Part shown: positions 7,687 through 18,366 of the stretch, one piece after another
Numbering within the stretch: the stretch's first letter is position 1
How the letters are laid out: every line of letters begins with the position of its first letter
IMG/VR virus record: IMGVR_UViG_3300031760_000001
Span: 64,001 to 128,000 of that record
Source: a virus
Taxonomy: Duplodnaviria > Caudoviricetes
Length of the DNA: 64,000 nucleotides
Strand: one strand, 5' to 3'
Notes under the pieces: model-generated
Database searches by the model: none
The model's input: only the letters and a program-made list of their open reading frames with translations
Told to the model about the DNA's origin: nothing
Made by a program: the position numbers and the translations under genes

Positions 7687-10413
7687 ATGAAGTACTTACG
7701 TAAATTCAACAGCGTCGAGGAACGCACAGCAGCACTTGCCAACGCTGGTGTCAGTATCTTGTCTTACACAACAGGCACAGGTGGCGGAATGAATATAGCG
7801 GTTTACACACCGATACCTCCTTCCAACTTAACAATCAGTTGTTCAGACAACACTGTTACTATAACTGCAACCAATGCAACAAGCATACAATACAGTCTAG
7901 ACCAGACACCATATAAAGTGTATACAGCCTACACTGAGCCGTTTACAATTTCACAAACCATCACTGTATACGCTAAAGCCATAAACAGCGACGGCGAGAT
8001 AGAAGCTTCACAGGAATGTGTATATGTTGAACCTATTGACTATACAGTACCGTTTTATCTTGAGGATATAAGTGGTAGTGATAATACGGTTCAAATAAAA
8101 AAATCAAATAAGTCAGCACCAGGACTTAGTATTCAAAAGTCAACAAATGGTACATCATGGACTACAGTGGGTACTACATCTACAACCGCAATTACTGCAA
8201 CTATACCAGCTAATGGTAAACTGTATTTAAGGTGTAATGCAAATTCATGGGGCGCTTCAACTTATTATAATTCAATCAATACCACAGGTAACTGTAATGC
8301 TGGCGGTAATATAATGTCATTGATTTATGGAAGTAACTTCACTGGAAATGAAAGAACTTTCCCATCCAATTCAACATATACATTTGCGAATTTATTCTAT
8401 CAAAACAAACGCCTTATAAATGCAGAAAATATGTTATTACCAGCTACTACCTTAGTTGCTAATTGTTATGACCGCATGTTTTGGGGTTGTGGATTAACAA
8501 CAGCACCTACATTATCAGCAACTATGTTGGCTGAAAGTTGTTATGATGGAATGTTCATTGGTTGTAAGTCATTAACAACTGCGCCAGCTTTACCAGCCAC
8601 CACATTGGCTCATGCCTGTTATGAATATATGTTCTTGGGTTGTACCTCATTAGCAACAGCACCTGCGTTACCTGCTACTACTTTAGCTACTAGTTGTTAT
8701 GGTTATATGTTTCAACAATGTACTGCATTAACAACGGCACCAGAATTGCCAGCAACTACTTTATCTGGAGGATGTTATCAATATATGTTCAATGGTTGTA
8801 CCAATCTTAATTATATTAAATGTCTTGCAACTGATATATCAGCATCAGTTGTTACAACAAATTGGGTGCAAGATGTTGCATCAACAGGTACATTTGTCAA
8901 AGCAGCTTCTATGACAGATTGGACAACAGGAAACAACGGTATACCAACGAACTGGGTTGTCAAGAACCCAAGTGGTATTTTTTTATCACAGGAATTGAAT
9001 GTAGCAACCATTATAGTTGGTAACCTTGACACAGGAACAGGTTATTACACAATCAACGGCGGTTCACACATATCATTGTCTGAAGGCACAACAAACATTC
9101 CAATCACCCAGGCAATGAACGGTCAGACACTCCTTGCCTACGGTGAATTCGACAGTGAAGCAATTCAACAAACATTGACATTATCTTGGACTGACTACAG
9201 CCCAGCTGTCACAATTACCGAGACTGACAACTATGTCACCATAACGTCAGCAACGGCTGACAGCATCACATACAGGCTTGGTTCAAGCGGCGAGTACACC
9301 ACATACACAGCCCCTGTGTACATTGCTTCTGACACAACCATATATGTCATCGCAACCAGAACTGTGTCTGATGTTGCATACACAACCAACGAATCACAGG
9401 CTGTCACACATACAGTCATTCCACCAAGCAACCTGACTATCAGTTGTGTTGCTAACACTGTTACAATAACTGCTGACAATGCACAGACAATTGAATACAA
9501 TACGGACGGCAGCTCAACGTATACAACCTACACAGCACCATTTGCAATCACAGAGACTGTGACTGTATATGCAAAGGCAACCAATGTAGATGGTTCAATA
9601 ACCGCTTCACAGGAATGTGTCTATACTAAAGACAGTATACCGTTCTATATTGAAAATGTAAGTGGCAGCAGCAATACCGTGCAAATAACAAAATCAGGTG
9701 CGAATGCCCCGTCACTTACAATATATAAGTCAACTGATGGTGAAAATTGGGTATCAATGGGTACTACATCAACAACCGCAATTACTGCAACTATACCAGC
9801 TAATGGTAAATTATATTTGAGGTGTAATACTCAAAAATGGGGCAAATCAAGTTATTATAATTCAATCAATACCACAGGCAACTGTAATGTTGGCGGTAAT
9901 ATAATGTCATTATTATATAATGATAATTTTATTGGGAAAACTTCATTTGGAAGTGGCACAACTTATATATTTAGTAATTTATTTAATTATAACACACATT
10001 TAATTAATGCATCTGAACTATTATTACCAGCCACTACATTGGTTAATTATTGTTATAGTAATATGTTCAATGGTTGTACATCATTGACCACTGCACCTGC
10101 ATTGCCAGCTACCACACTGGGTACTTATTGTTATAAATCTATGTTCTATGGTTGTACAGCATTAACCACTGCACCTGCATTGCCAGCTACCACACTGGCT
10201 GCTTATTGTTATAATCTTATTTTCTATGGTTGTACATCATTGAACTATATCAAGTGTCTTGCAACTGATGTATCAGCATCAAATTGTACAACAAATTGGG
10301 TGAAAAATGTTGCTGCAACTGGTACATTTGTCAAAGCAGCTTCTATGACAGATTGGACAACTGATAATAATGGTATTCCGTCAGGTTGGACTGTGGAAGA
10401 TGCAACAGAATAA
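7687..10413 (+). CDS. BspA/TpLRR-like leucine-rich-repeat protein with Fn3-associated/Ig-like modules; putative adhesin or receptor-binding protein
   Basis: 26-aa repeats APALPATTLxxxCYxxMFxxCTxLTT in two blocks (5+3); three YTxPxxI...TxY(A/V)xA modules; internal duplication. Confidence 0.8.
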   Translation: MKYLRKFNSVEERTAALANAGVSILSYTTGTGGGMNIAVYTPIPPSNLTISCSDNTVTITATNATSIQYSLDQTPYKVYTAYTEPFTISQTITVYAKAINSDGEIEASQECVYVEPIDYTVPFYLEDISGSDNTVQIKKSNKSAPGLSIQKSTNGTSWTTVGTTSTTAITATIPANGKLYLRCNANSWGASTYYNSINTTGNCNAGGNIMSLIYGSNFTGNERTFPSNSTYTFANLFYQNKRLINAENMLLPATTLVANCYDRMFWGCGLTTAPTLSATMLAESCYDGMFIGCKSLTTAPALPATTLAHACYEYMFLGCTSLATAPALPATTLATSCYGYMFQQCTALTTAPELPATTLSGGCYQYMFNGCTNLNYIKCLATDISASVVTTNWVQDVASTGTFVKAASMTDWTTGNNGIPTNWVVKNPSGIFLSQELNVATIIVGNLDTGTGYYTINGGSHISLSEGTTNIPITQAMNGQTLLAYGEFDSEAIQQTLTLSWTDYSPAVTITETDNYVTITSATADSITYRLGSSGEYTTYTAPVYIASDTTIYVIATRTVSDVAYTTNESQAVTHTVIPPSNLTISCVANTVTITADNAQTIEYNTDGSSTYTTYTAPFAITETVTVYAKATNVDGSITASQECVYTKDSIPFYIENVSGSSNTVQITKSGANAPSLTIYKSTDGENWVSMGTTSTTAITATIPANGKLYLRCNTQKWGKSSYYNSINTTGNCNVGGNIMSLLYNDNFIGKTSFGSGTTYIFSNLFNYNTHLINASELLLPATTLVNYCYSNMFNGCTSLTTAPALPATTLGTYCYKSMFYGCTALTTAPALPATTLAAYCYNLIFYGCTSLNYIKCLATDVSASNCTTNWVKNVAATGTFVKAASMTDWTTDNNGIPSGWTVEDATE

Positions 10414-10440
10414 AATTAATTAAATATATACAAACAAATA

Positions 10441-10465
10441 AAGCCCGCCAGTTAATGGCGGGCTT
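10441..10465. terminator. Bidirectional intrinsic terminator
   Basis: aagcccgcca-gttaa-tggcgggctt between convergent genes. Confidence 0.85.
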
Positions 10466-10491
10466 CTTTATTTTATACATAACATCCATTA

Positions 10492-11133
10492 TCACTTATA
10501 CGGGTCTGCAATGTTGTTTTCCTGGCAATATTTGTCCCACTCCTTGTTCCTTCCCCTCCTTAACTCAGTTACAGTATCACACCATTCTCTGAGTTTCGGA
10601 CATTGCATAGTATAATGAAGTTCACAGTAATCATTGACACAATCATCTCTCCAAACCCTGTCTTTACATTTTTCATGTGGACGGCAAGGCATTGAATTTT
10701 GTAGTTTTTCCTCAAGTTCTTTGAAAAAGTCATTATGCATATCCGTGTACTTTTTCTGTTCAATCCATTTCTTTCTAATTTTATCCCTGAATTCATCATT
10801 AAGGATGTCTTTAATCGGGAACATAGCCCATTTATAACTTGGGGTTGGGGATAACTCTGGAGGATGACTATGTCCATCATCCTCAGGTTCGCCCTCCTCA
10901 TATTCCACAATTATGTTTTCTGCATCCTCGCGGAGTTCACCCATATATTTAATAATGCTATACACAGCACTATACAAACCCTCATCAAAACCGTGGTACA
11001 CATCCAAGGTACGTTTGTTGGTGGCTGTTACATCATAAGTAAGGTCACCGAAATTACGTTCAGTTTCTATTTCAATGTCTGTGTCATATTCGTATATACA
11101 CAGCAATAATTTCAAAAAATCTTTTCCTGTCAT
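10492..11133 (-). CDS. Hypothetical protein with Cys/His-rich C-terminus
   Basis: 213-aa ORF. Confidence 0.6.
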   Translation of the reverse strand: MTGKDFLKLLLCIYEYDTDIEIETERNFGDLTYDVTATNKRTLDVYHGFDEGLYSAVYSIIKYMGELREDAENIIVEYEEGEPEDDGHSHPPELSPTPSYKWAMFPIKDILNDEFRDKIRKKWIEQKKYTDMHNDFFKELEEKLQNSMPCRPHEKCKDRVWRDDCVNDYCELHYTMQCPKLREWCDTVTELRRGRNKEWDKYCQENNIADPYK

Positions 11134-11147
11134 AATATTTGTTTTAT

Positions 11148-13568
11148 TTAAATTTCCTTTAATTTGGATATATTCCCATCCTTGACTATCGTGATTGTAC
11201 CGCCGTCATGCCAGTCATACAAATTCTCGTTATGGGTAATGTTCAGAATGAAATCGTAATTACTCAAAATTCTTTTGTACAATTCGTGTACATTGTCATA
11301 ATTGCAGGATGCCGTCAACCCAAGAACCTCGTCGAGAACCAAAAAATTGGGTTTAGACATGGTGCTTATACCAGCCAAAGCTGAACGCAAAGCCAGCGAA
11401 GCCATTGTCTCCTCAAAACCAGAGGCAGCGGTACCCAGATTCATATTGACACCATCCTTAACAAGGTTCATTACAACATTGTTTTTATCGTCAATATCAA
11501 GTTTGACTTCAAAGTCACACAAGCCGTCAAGTATTCGGGAAACCTCATTGTTGATGATTGGAAGAGCGTCTTTAAGCACCAGTTTGACAATGCCGTTCTT
11601 TCCAACCAATTCAAGATAAAGGTTCCAATTCCTGATAACTTTCTCCTCGGCAGCAAGCTTCACAATCATTTCCTCACGCAACTTAATCTGACTCTCATTG
11701 TTGGCTATGGTTGTCTTGGCACTCTCAATATCCTTGATTTTTGTGTCCTTGATTTTGGTCTCATTGACAATTGACACATCAATGGCACTTGATTTCAGAC
11801 GGATTTCATTGTTGAACTTAATGTTTTCCTCATTTGTCTTGATTTCATCAAGGGTCTTGCTGTCCTTCTCGATAGTCAGTTTAATATTGTCGATATTGGT
11901 TTTCAACGCCACCATTTTCAGTTCAAGGTTGGCTTTCTTCACACTTTTCTCCTTTATTTCCTCAAGCGACTTTATCTTTTTCCCACAATCATCAATCTGT
12001 AATTTAAGAGCATCAATCTGAGCTTTCCTGGAAACACCTTTTTCAATGAATTTCTGGATTTTACCATTATTATCCTCAATGGTCTTGGTCTGCTCCACAA
12101 CATCAATCTTCTGACCGCAGGTGGGGCATATGCCCTTATCCATCAATCCCTGGATTCTTTCGTTATCCTTCTTGATTGCGTTAATCTCACCCTTGATTTC
12201 TGAATTTTCCAGCTCATACTGCTTGACTTCTTTTTCCAGTTTTTCTTTGGCGATTTTCTCATTGTCCAAATCCTCCTGGTTGAACGCAATATCCTTGTAT
12301 AATTTGTATTCAGCCTTAAGACCCTGAAAAACCGCCCTTTTCTCAGTAAGCTCATTGTTGAGTCTTTCGAGTCCGTTCTTCAATGTGGTAACGTCAATCT
12401 TATCCAGATTGTCTTTAATAGGTTTCACACTGGACAAAACATCAGTCTTTTCTTTATTGTATTTGATGATATTCTCATTAGCGGTATTCAACTCGGACTG
12501 CAGACTTACCAGGACTTTATTATTATCCTCATTTACAGTTTTATAGTCCTTGATTTCTTCTTCAAGGGTTTGCTTGTTGTATGTATTGCTCAACAATTTG
12601 GAAGCGTAGTTGTCCTTCCACAGTTTCTTGGCAATTTCCTCTTTCTTCTCAATACACATAAGCCCAAGCCAGCGTGAAAACAGACGACCCTTGTCGGTCT
12701 GACCCATCCTTAGCAAGTCACCCAAACTATATGATGTTGCTGAAATGATAAGGTCATAGTCATCGGAATTTCCAATAGCTTCCCTGATTATGTTGTTTGT
12801 CTGCTGCACTGATTCACCCTCACAATTCTCTATTTCCTCAAGCTCGTCACCAACTTTCTTGAAATATTCAAGTTTCTGTGTGCATTTGCTCTTTGCTGTT
12901 CTTTTCTTCAACGCGGGTCTGGTGACTGTACGTCTGATAACATAGTCCTCACCGTCAATTTCAATACCAGCCTCAACAACCACCTGTGTCGCTTCAGGGG
13001 AAAAAATGTTGAAAACTGAATCCAAATTAGGCGATTTGTCAGCCTTTCCGAATAAAGCAAAACGCAAAAGGTCTATAGCAAATGTTGTCTTACCGCCCTG
13101 GTTGGCTGGTTCACTGTTCAACAATACAAGTCCATGAAGTTTCGAAAAATCGAAATAATTGTCCTCACCGTAACTTAAATAGTTAGACCATTTAACATAC
13201 TTGAATTTGTAGTTCTTGTACTTGGAATACTGGTCGAAATCCACAAATGCATTTACTTGGTTGTCAATTACATCAATATCATCCCAGTTAATGTCCTCAT
13301 ATTTTTTAATCTTGATGTAATGCTTCATCATATCCTTCTGGTGACCAGCATCCTGGACATTATCCTTGATATCACTAGCCAATGAAATCCTCTCACCGTC
13401 CTCATTAACGGTGATTGGCACAAAATGCACATCAACATTTGCCAATGGCAAACCGTATTTTTTAGCAATCTCTTTCCTAAGAGACGCTTTCTTTTGTTCA
13501 TTAAAGTCAATCTGGAGCATCTCCAAATCAACAACAATTCTATCAGTTGGTTTTATATTATTAATCAT
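11148..13568 (-). CDS. sbcC: Rad50/SbcC (gp46-like) recombination ATPase with N-terminal extension
   Basis: Walker A variant NQGGKTT, coiled coils, CPTCG zinc hook, ASGFE signature, LVLDE Walker B, ITH. Confidence 0.92.
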   Translation of the reverse strand: MINNIKPTDRIVVDLEMLQIDFNEQKKASLRKEIAKKYGLPLANVDVHFVPITVNEDGERISLASDIKDNVQDAGHQKDMMKHYIKIKKYEDINWDDIDVIDNQVNAFVDFDQYSKYKNYKFKYVKWSNYLSYGEDNYFDFSKLHGLVLLNSEPANQGGKTTFAIDLLRFALFGKADKSPNLDSVFNIFSPEATQVVVEAGIEIDGEDYVIRRTVTRPALKKRTAKSKCTQKLEYFKKVGDELEEIENCEGESVQQTNNIIREAIGNSDDYDLIISATSYSLGDLLRMGQTDKGRLFSRWLGLMCIEKKEEIAKKLWKDNYASKLLSNTYNKQTLEEEIKDYKTVNEDNNKVLVSLQSELNTANENIIKYNKEKTDVLSSVKPIKDNLDKIDVTTLKNGLERLNNELTEKRAVFQGLKAEYKLYKDIAFNQEDLDNEKIAKEKLEKEVKQYELENSEIKGEINAIKKDNERIQGLMDKGICPTCGQKIDVVEQTKTIEDNNGKIQKFIEKGVSRKAQIDALKLQIDDCGKKIKSLEEIKEKSVKKANLELKMVALKTNIDNIKLTIEKDSKTLDEIKTNEENIKFNNEIRLKSSAIDVSIVNETKIKDTKIKDIESAKTTIANNESQIKLREEMIVKLAAEEKVIRNWNLYLELVGKNGIVKLVLKDALPIINNEVSRILDGLCDFEVKLDIDDKNNVVMNLVKDGVNMNLGTAASGFEETMASLALRSALAGISTMSKPNFLVLDEVLGLTASCNYDNVHELYKRILSNYDFILNITHNENLYDWHDGGTITIVKDGNISKLKEI

Positions 13569-13594
13569 GTATTATTTTGTAACATATTTTAAAA

Positions 13595-13909
13595 TTAATC
13601 GCGAGAACCGTAGCTGTTTGCAAGATTTTTTGGTGTTGGATAGTATGTGTATTCCTTCCCATACATTTTCCCAAATTTATCCATCACCTCACAGAAAACA
13701 AGAAATTTCCTGTACCATTGTTCATATTCAGGAGCAGCGCAATCTTTTGTAGGTCTTGTACCTACTATTTCGTCAAACAATTTGTCTACAAATGCTCTAA
13801 TAGCATTGTCTAATGATGCATTGTCACCAAAATCAAGCCCACAGCCAATAATGTCTTTCTCAACTCGTTTGCTGTATTTGTCTATAACTTCTTTAATAAA
13901 TTCTTTCAT
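13595..13909 (-). CDS. Hypothetical protein
   Basis: ATG 13909 preferred over GTG 13915; directly follows the class A motif. Confidence 0.6.
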   Translation of the reverse strand: MKEFIKEVIDKYSKRVEKDIIGCGLDFGDNASLDNAIRAFVDKLFDEIVGTRPTKDCAAPEYEQWYRKFLVFCEVMDKFGKMYGKEYTYYPTPKNLANSYGSRD

Positions 13910-13915
13910 ACCCAC

Positions 13916-13926
13916 TAATATACAAA
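13916..13926 (-). promoter_or_regulatory. Class A promoter motif TTTGTATATTA
   Basis: Exact 11-mer. Confidence 0.7.
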
Positions 13927-13961
13927 AAAATCTCCATATCTATAAAAAATATGGAGAATTT

Positions 13962-14270
13962 TTATTTAGATGCTATCACTCTTGTCTTCCGTTTAGGCTT
14001 TTCCTCTTTTATTGGCTCAATTATCGGCTCATTTATTGGCTCATTTATTGGCTCATCAATGGGCTCGCTTGGTTTAACCTCAGCTTTTTTCCGTGTTTTC
14101 TTTGGTTCCTCTTTTGTTAACTTTTCATTTAAATCCCCGTATTTATCAATTGTAAATTTATCCCTGAACGCCTTTTCTATATATTTCCTTATATCTTCCT
14201 CACCCATATTATTCACCTGTGCCCAGGTAACAAAATCATTGTAAAGTCTGTCGTCTATCTCAATTAACAT
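13962..14270 (-). CDS. Small protein with EPINE repeats and basic tail
   Basis: 102 aa; 12-bp repeats at about 14010-14066. Confidence 0.6.
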   Translation of the reverse strand: MLIEIDDRLYNDFVTWAQVNNMGEEDIRKYIEKAFRDKFTIDKYGDLNEKLTKEEPKKTRKKAEVKPSEPIDEPINEPINEPIIEPIKEEKPKRKTRVIASK

Positions 14271-14328
14271 ATATTGTATATTTATAATATAAGATTATTT
14301 GGTAATAAATATATAACATTTTGGAATT

Positions 14329-14913
14329 ATGACAGAAAAAGGATTGAAACTTATTATGGATTTCGAAGGGCTCCCTAAAAAGAACCCCCTGGACGCTTAC
14401 TGGGACAGTTACGGTAAAGTGTGGACTATCGGCTACGGTGCAACCCATTACCTTGACGGCTCACCAGTGAAAAAAGGCGACAAACTCAAATCAAAAGAAG
14501 AGGCTGTCGAACTGCTTAAAATGATGGTTGAACAATATGAGAAAAACACAGCTAAATGTGTCACATCTGAAATCAACCCATACCAACTCGACGCTCTTAC
14601 ATCATTCTGCTATAATTGCGGTGTTGGAAGCCTGAAAAGGTCAACACTGTTGAAAAAGGTAAACAAAAACCCGCAAGACCCAACCATACGCAACGAGTTT
14701 GCCAAATGGAACAAATCTGGTGGTGAAGTGCTTAAAGGTTTGGTCAGAAGACGCGCTGCAGAAGCTGACTTGTATTTCACCGAATGGATTGAACCTGTGG
14801 TTGCTGAAGTGGAACCTGACCCCGAACCCGACCCAGAACCTGAGCATATACCGACGCTCACTGGCTATCTGCAGTCGGAAGGGCTTAAACAGGACAATAT
14901 CATCATCTGTTAA
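14329..14913 (+). CDS. GH24 phage lysozyme (endolysin)
   Basis: FEG...AYWD..G.VWTIGYG, QLDALTSFCYNCG, KWNKSGGEVLKGLVRRRAAEADLY; C-terminal EPDP tail. Confidence 0.93.
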   Translation: MTEKGLKLIMDFEGLPKKNPLDAYWDSYGKVWTIGYGATHYLDGSPVKKGDKLKSKEEAVELLKMMVEQYEKNTAKCVTSEINPYQLDALTSFCYNCGVGSLKRSTLLKKVNKNPQDPTIRNEFAKWNKSGGEVLKGLVRRRAAEADLYFTEWIEPVVAEVEPDPEPDPEPEHIPTLTGYLQSEGLKQDNIIIC

Positions 14914-14920
14914 AAACAAA

Positions 14921-14945
14921 AAAGCGACTTGATTTAAGTCGCTTT
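14921..14945. terminator. Bidirectional terminator
   Basis: aaagcgactt-gattt-aagtcgcttt between convergent genes. Confidence 0.8.
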
Positions 14946-16038
14946 ACTTTTTCTCTGCGTATCTTTCGAACATCTTCCGTTGCTCTTTCTCCATACAATC
15001 CTTGCACAACATTCTCCCGAATGTCGCCTCAGCCATTTCATAGTCCAGAAATTCGGTTGTTGTACCGTCACTGGTTGTGTCACTGGCGTTAAGGCTGTCA
15101 AGAGCCCTGGCATCATATGTCACCTCTTTTCCGCAATCAGCACACTTGTAAGTTCTGATAAGCATATCTGGGTCAAACATAATGGACATTTCTTTCTTCT
15201 CCTTGTTCTCATACTTCTTAGCCATCTTCTCGTCATAGAATTCAGCTGTCATATCGGTACCACCGTCAATGATGTTCATCATAAATTCAATGACATAATC
15301 ACCGTCAAATTCAAAAATCTTCACCAACTGCGGGTCACCGAACTCAAAGTTAATCATATCATCCAACTTGTACGCCTTGTATGTCTCAAACTGAATTGAC
15401 TTGAATTCAAACATATCTGAACGCACACCAGTGTCTATGATTCTCTCCAGTTCCCTTATGAACGGTTTCGAAGTTATGTTTTTGTCATCTGGATATTTCG
15501 ACACATACACGTCTATAATGGCTGTATAATCATCGTCACCCTTCATAACAACAACTTTCTTGGTGTAATCCTCGATTTTGAACCTTGGACAAATATCCCT
15601 TTTGAAAACCACATTGTATTCCTTTTGTTTATCAATGAACTTGCCGTCATCACCGATTCTCAACAAACTTTCAGTTACAGTCTCAATCTGCAACTTATTG
15701 TCCTGGACGGTGATAACTTCCCTGTTGTCATCGTTGGCAATCTTGATGTTCTTGAAATCGTTCACACCCTTTTTCTTAGCCAATGTAGGGGAAAAATAGT
15801 TATAATGTGAAGCTTCCCTGGCTACAGCATAAGTCCTGTACCTCAGTTCAATCACTTCCTGTGTCAACTCACCTCTTAGAAGTGCTTTGGCAACACTATG
15901 GTCTGCTACCTGTTGGTTAATAGTTGAACCATTATCCAAGTCCATACCGTTCTGGTGTAAGGTTTCATCCTCGGTTTTCTTCATACCAAGGAAAAATCCA
16001 ATCCAGAGATAGCGGAAAAAGTTTATAATTTTCTTCAT
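14944..16038 (-). CDS. Hypothetical protein, N-terminal hydrophobic segment and C-terminal Zn-ribbon
   Basis: 364 aa; CADC...CKDC. Confidence 0.65.
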   Translation of the reverse strand: MKKIINFFRYLWIGFFLGMKKTEDETLHQNGMDLDNGSTINQQVADHSVAKALLRGELTQEVIELRYRTYAVAREASHYNYFSPTLAKKKGVNDFKNIKIANDDNREVITVQDNKLQIETVTESLLRIGDDGKFIDKQKEYNVVFKRDICPRFKIEDYTKKVVVMKGDDDYTAIIDVYVSKYPDDKNITSKPFIRELERIIDTGVRSDMFEFKSIQFETYKAYKLDDMINFEFGDPQLVKIFEFDGDYVIEFMMNIIDGGTDMTAEFYDEKMAKKYENKEKKEMSIMFDPDMLIRTYKCADCGKEVTYDARALDSLNASDTTSDGTTTEFLDYEMAEATFGRMLCKDCMEKEQRKMFERYAEKK

Positions 16039-16043
16039 ACTAA

Positions 16044-16355
16044 TTATTGTTCGTCAGGGTTTAAATATTTCATAATATCGTCCTGGAGTTTTGAGTAGTT
16101 TTTCATTAAACCTGTTTTATTACCAATAAGGATATTGATTTCAGTAATCAACTCATTAACTGTGGTTTTTACACCACAAGTACTCTTGAATTGACATTTT
16201 TCACAATCAATATTTTCATTTCTAGCCATACGTTGGACACAAGCAATGTTATTTAATTGGTTCTGTTTTTCTGCTATGTTAGCGTTAACTTTTTGTATTG
16301 CAGCTCTGTAAAGCTGGTCAGCTGCGACCATTTCCGTTGGAGTTAAATTTGCCAT
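16044..16355 (-). CDS. Hypothetical coiled-coil protein with Cys cluster
   Basis: 103 aa; CEKC...C. Confidence 0.55.
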   Translation of the reverse strand: MANLTPTEMVAADQLYRAAIQKVNANIAEKQNQLNNIACVQRMARNENIDCEKCQFKSTCGVKTTVNELITEINILIGNKTGLMKNYSKLQDDIMKYLNPDEQ

Positions 16356-16414
16356 TTTCTATTCTTTATTTATTTAGTTATAATATAATAAATAGATTCA
16401 AAAAAACAAATTTT

Positions 16415-17425
16415 TCATATTCTAGCCAAAGTAAAATCGTCAAGACAATGTGCCGTCCTCAACAGACTGACTATACCCTTCCTACCGAAATCCCTGTGAT
16501 AATCTGACGGGTCATATCCATCTGGACATTCTACAATCCTTACATTGCCTGGCATTGCCGAATTAAGGAACTTGTACATTCTGTATGCTTTATTAACAGC
16601 ATCGTTGTCAAGCATTATATTAACTGGAGCATGTGCTCTCGACATCATTGTCTTGTACACCATTGATTCATCGTCAAACGCACTTCCCAACAAAGGGATT
16701 GAATTCGGGACTACTATATGGTCAAATGGCCCCTCAACCAGCGTTATCGGCTCATACCAGTTAATGAAATATTCATTGAATACAATAGCCTTTTTGTCAA
16801 CTTTGGGATTCAGAATCTTCCATTTGTTTTTCCCTGTGTAATCCCTGGCAACCCAGTAATTGAGCTCACCGTACATATCATAGGACGGAATCACAATCCT
16901 GTGTGAATATATGCCGCTTCCGTATGAACAGAACCCTATATTGAACTTTTTGACAAGAAATTCATCAACACCCCTTTTCTCCAAATAATGTATTGCGTCA
17001 TTTTTATGGAAGAATTTACCAGTGTCTTTATCAATATAGTCCTTCTCAATCAATCTAAACCCCTCAGGAAGCAATATCTCTTCCACCTGGTCTAGTTCAT
17101 CCACCGAGTCACTCAAACCCCCTGTAAGGCTAAATAAACGGCTTTCCTTGTACATTGAAAGCTCGTTCTTGTACTCACCCAAATCATCAGCACTTCCATA
17201 TTTGCGTATGATGGTGGAAAGTTTTCCCGAATACCCACATTTCCAGCAGTGACCGTAAAGTCCCTCCAGTGTTACAGCAAGATTGTATTTACCGTCCTGG
17301 TGTCCAAGTTCATCGGCACAGCAGGGACAGTTGTACTCAATCCAACCGCCACTGCTTGTGTAGCTTCGTTTGGGTTCACCGAGCACATCGGTCAGTATTG
17401 ATATGACATTCTGTTCAAAATCCAT
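16415..17425 (-). CDS. DNA primase (Zn finger + TOPRIM)
   Basis: CPCC...HCWKC; LVEGPFD; MLDND; start reassigned to ATG 17425. Confidence 0.9.
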   Translation of the reverse strand: MDFEQNVISILTDVLGEPKRSYTSSGGWIEYNCPCCADELGHQDGKYNLAVTLEGLYGHCWKCGYSGKLSTIIRKYGSADDLGEYKNELSMYKESRLFSLTGGLSDSVDELDQVEEILLPEGFRLIEKDYIDKDTGKFFHKNDAIHYLEKRGVDEFLVKKFNIGFCSYGSGIYSHRIVIPSYDMYGELNYWVARDYTGKNKWKILNPKVDKKAIVFNEYFINWYEPITLVEGPFDHIVVPNSIPLLGSAFDDESMVYKTMMSRAHAPVNIMLDNDAVNKAYRMYKFLNSAMPGNVRIVECPDGYDPSDYHRDFGRKGIVSLLRTAHCLDDFTLARI

Positions 17426-17430
17426 ACCTT

Positions 17431-17441
17431 TAATATACAAA
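17431..17441 (-). promoter_or_regulatory. Class A promoter motif TTTGTATATTA
   Basis: Exact 11-mer 5 nt before the primase ATG. Confidence 0.7.
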
Positions 17442-17464
17442 TTAAATCCGAATGGAGAAAAAAA

Positions 17465-17488
17465 TATCCGCCGTTTGTTTGGCGGATA
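17465..17488 (-). terminator. Intrinsic terminator
   Basis: tatccgcc-N8-ggcggata with T-run on the minus strand. Confidence 0.7.
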
Positions 17489-17521
17489 CCAGTTTTAGAA
17501 CTAACCTACAAAACATTTACA

Positions 17522-18346
17522 TCACTTTTTACCCTTGCGTTCTTTTTTCTCTGTCTTCTCGACAGTGATACTCTTGGTGAAAACCTGGTCACAAAATTTG
17601 TATGTGTAGTTGTAAGTGACTGTATTACCGTCAACCACATTGTCCACACACACAACTTCTGGGGTGGTTTCGCCGTATTTACATTTATTCACATACCCCA
17701 TGACACATATCAAACTGTCAGAGGCATCGAAATTCTCATCCTTAAGCTCGTTTTTCTTGTCATATACCCAGTTGATTTCTGGATATTTCTCCGAAATATA
17801 GTTCCACAGTATGAACTTCTTGGCACAGTCAAACGGATATGCCCCGAAAAGCACCAGTTCATTGTCGTTAATTGCCTTTTTAATCTTGTTCTCTGGATAT
17901 GACTCGCCATTCTTCTTGAATTTCCTCACAGCCATCAGACTTGGCACACCGTACTTTCTTGCGTCATATGACGAAATAAATTCGGGAATAAGACCAGTCA
18001 GTTTATAAACTTCAAGTGCAACCATACCATTGTATCGCAATAAAGTTCCAACTGTATATTCATTGTTTGATGATAACAAAGGCTCCTCAATCACAATATT
18101 GGTAATAAGAGTCTTTTTAGTTTCTTTATCATATAAATTATTTGAAACCAAAAGATTTTCGAGTGCCTCCATAAAAAGGTTGCATTTTAGAAACAATGCT
18201 TCAATACCGTTAATCTTGGTAGGGATTTTCGGGCGCATATGGGTTACGATGATTGGGGTAACCTTATTGTTCTCATCAACATAACAGCAACTCACGCCAA
18301 TGCATTTGGTTGAAATATCAAGTCCTAATATAATTTTCTTGTCCAT
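17522..18346 (-). CDS. RuvC-like Holliday junction resolvase
   Basis: ILGLDIST, IVIEEP and FDASDS acidic motifs of the RNase H fold. Confidence 0.75.
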   Translation of the reverse strand: MDKKIILGLDISTKCIGVSCCYVDENNKVTPIIVTHMRPKIPTKINGIEALFLKCNLFMEALENLLVSNNLYDKETKKTLITNIVIEEPLLSSNNEYTVGTLLRYNGMVALEVYKLTGLIPEFISSYDARKYGVPSLMAVRKFKKNGESYPENKIKKAINDNELVLFGAYPFDCAKKFILWNYISEKYPEINWVYDKKNELKDENFDASDSLICVMGYVNKCKYGETTPEVVCVDNVVDGNTVTYNYTYKFCDQVFTKSITVEKTEKKERKGKK

Positions 18347-18366
18347 AAAAATAATTAAATATTGTT

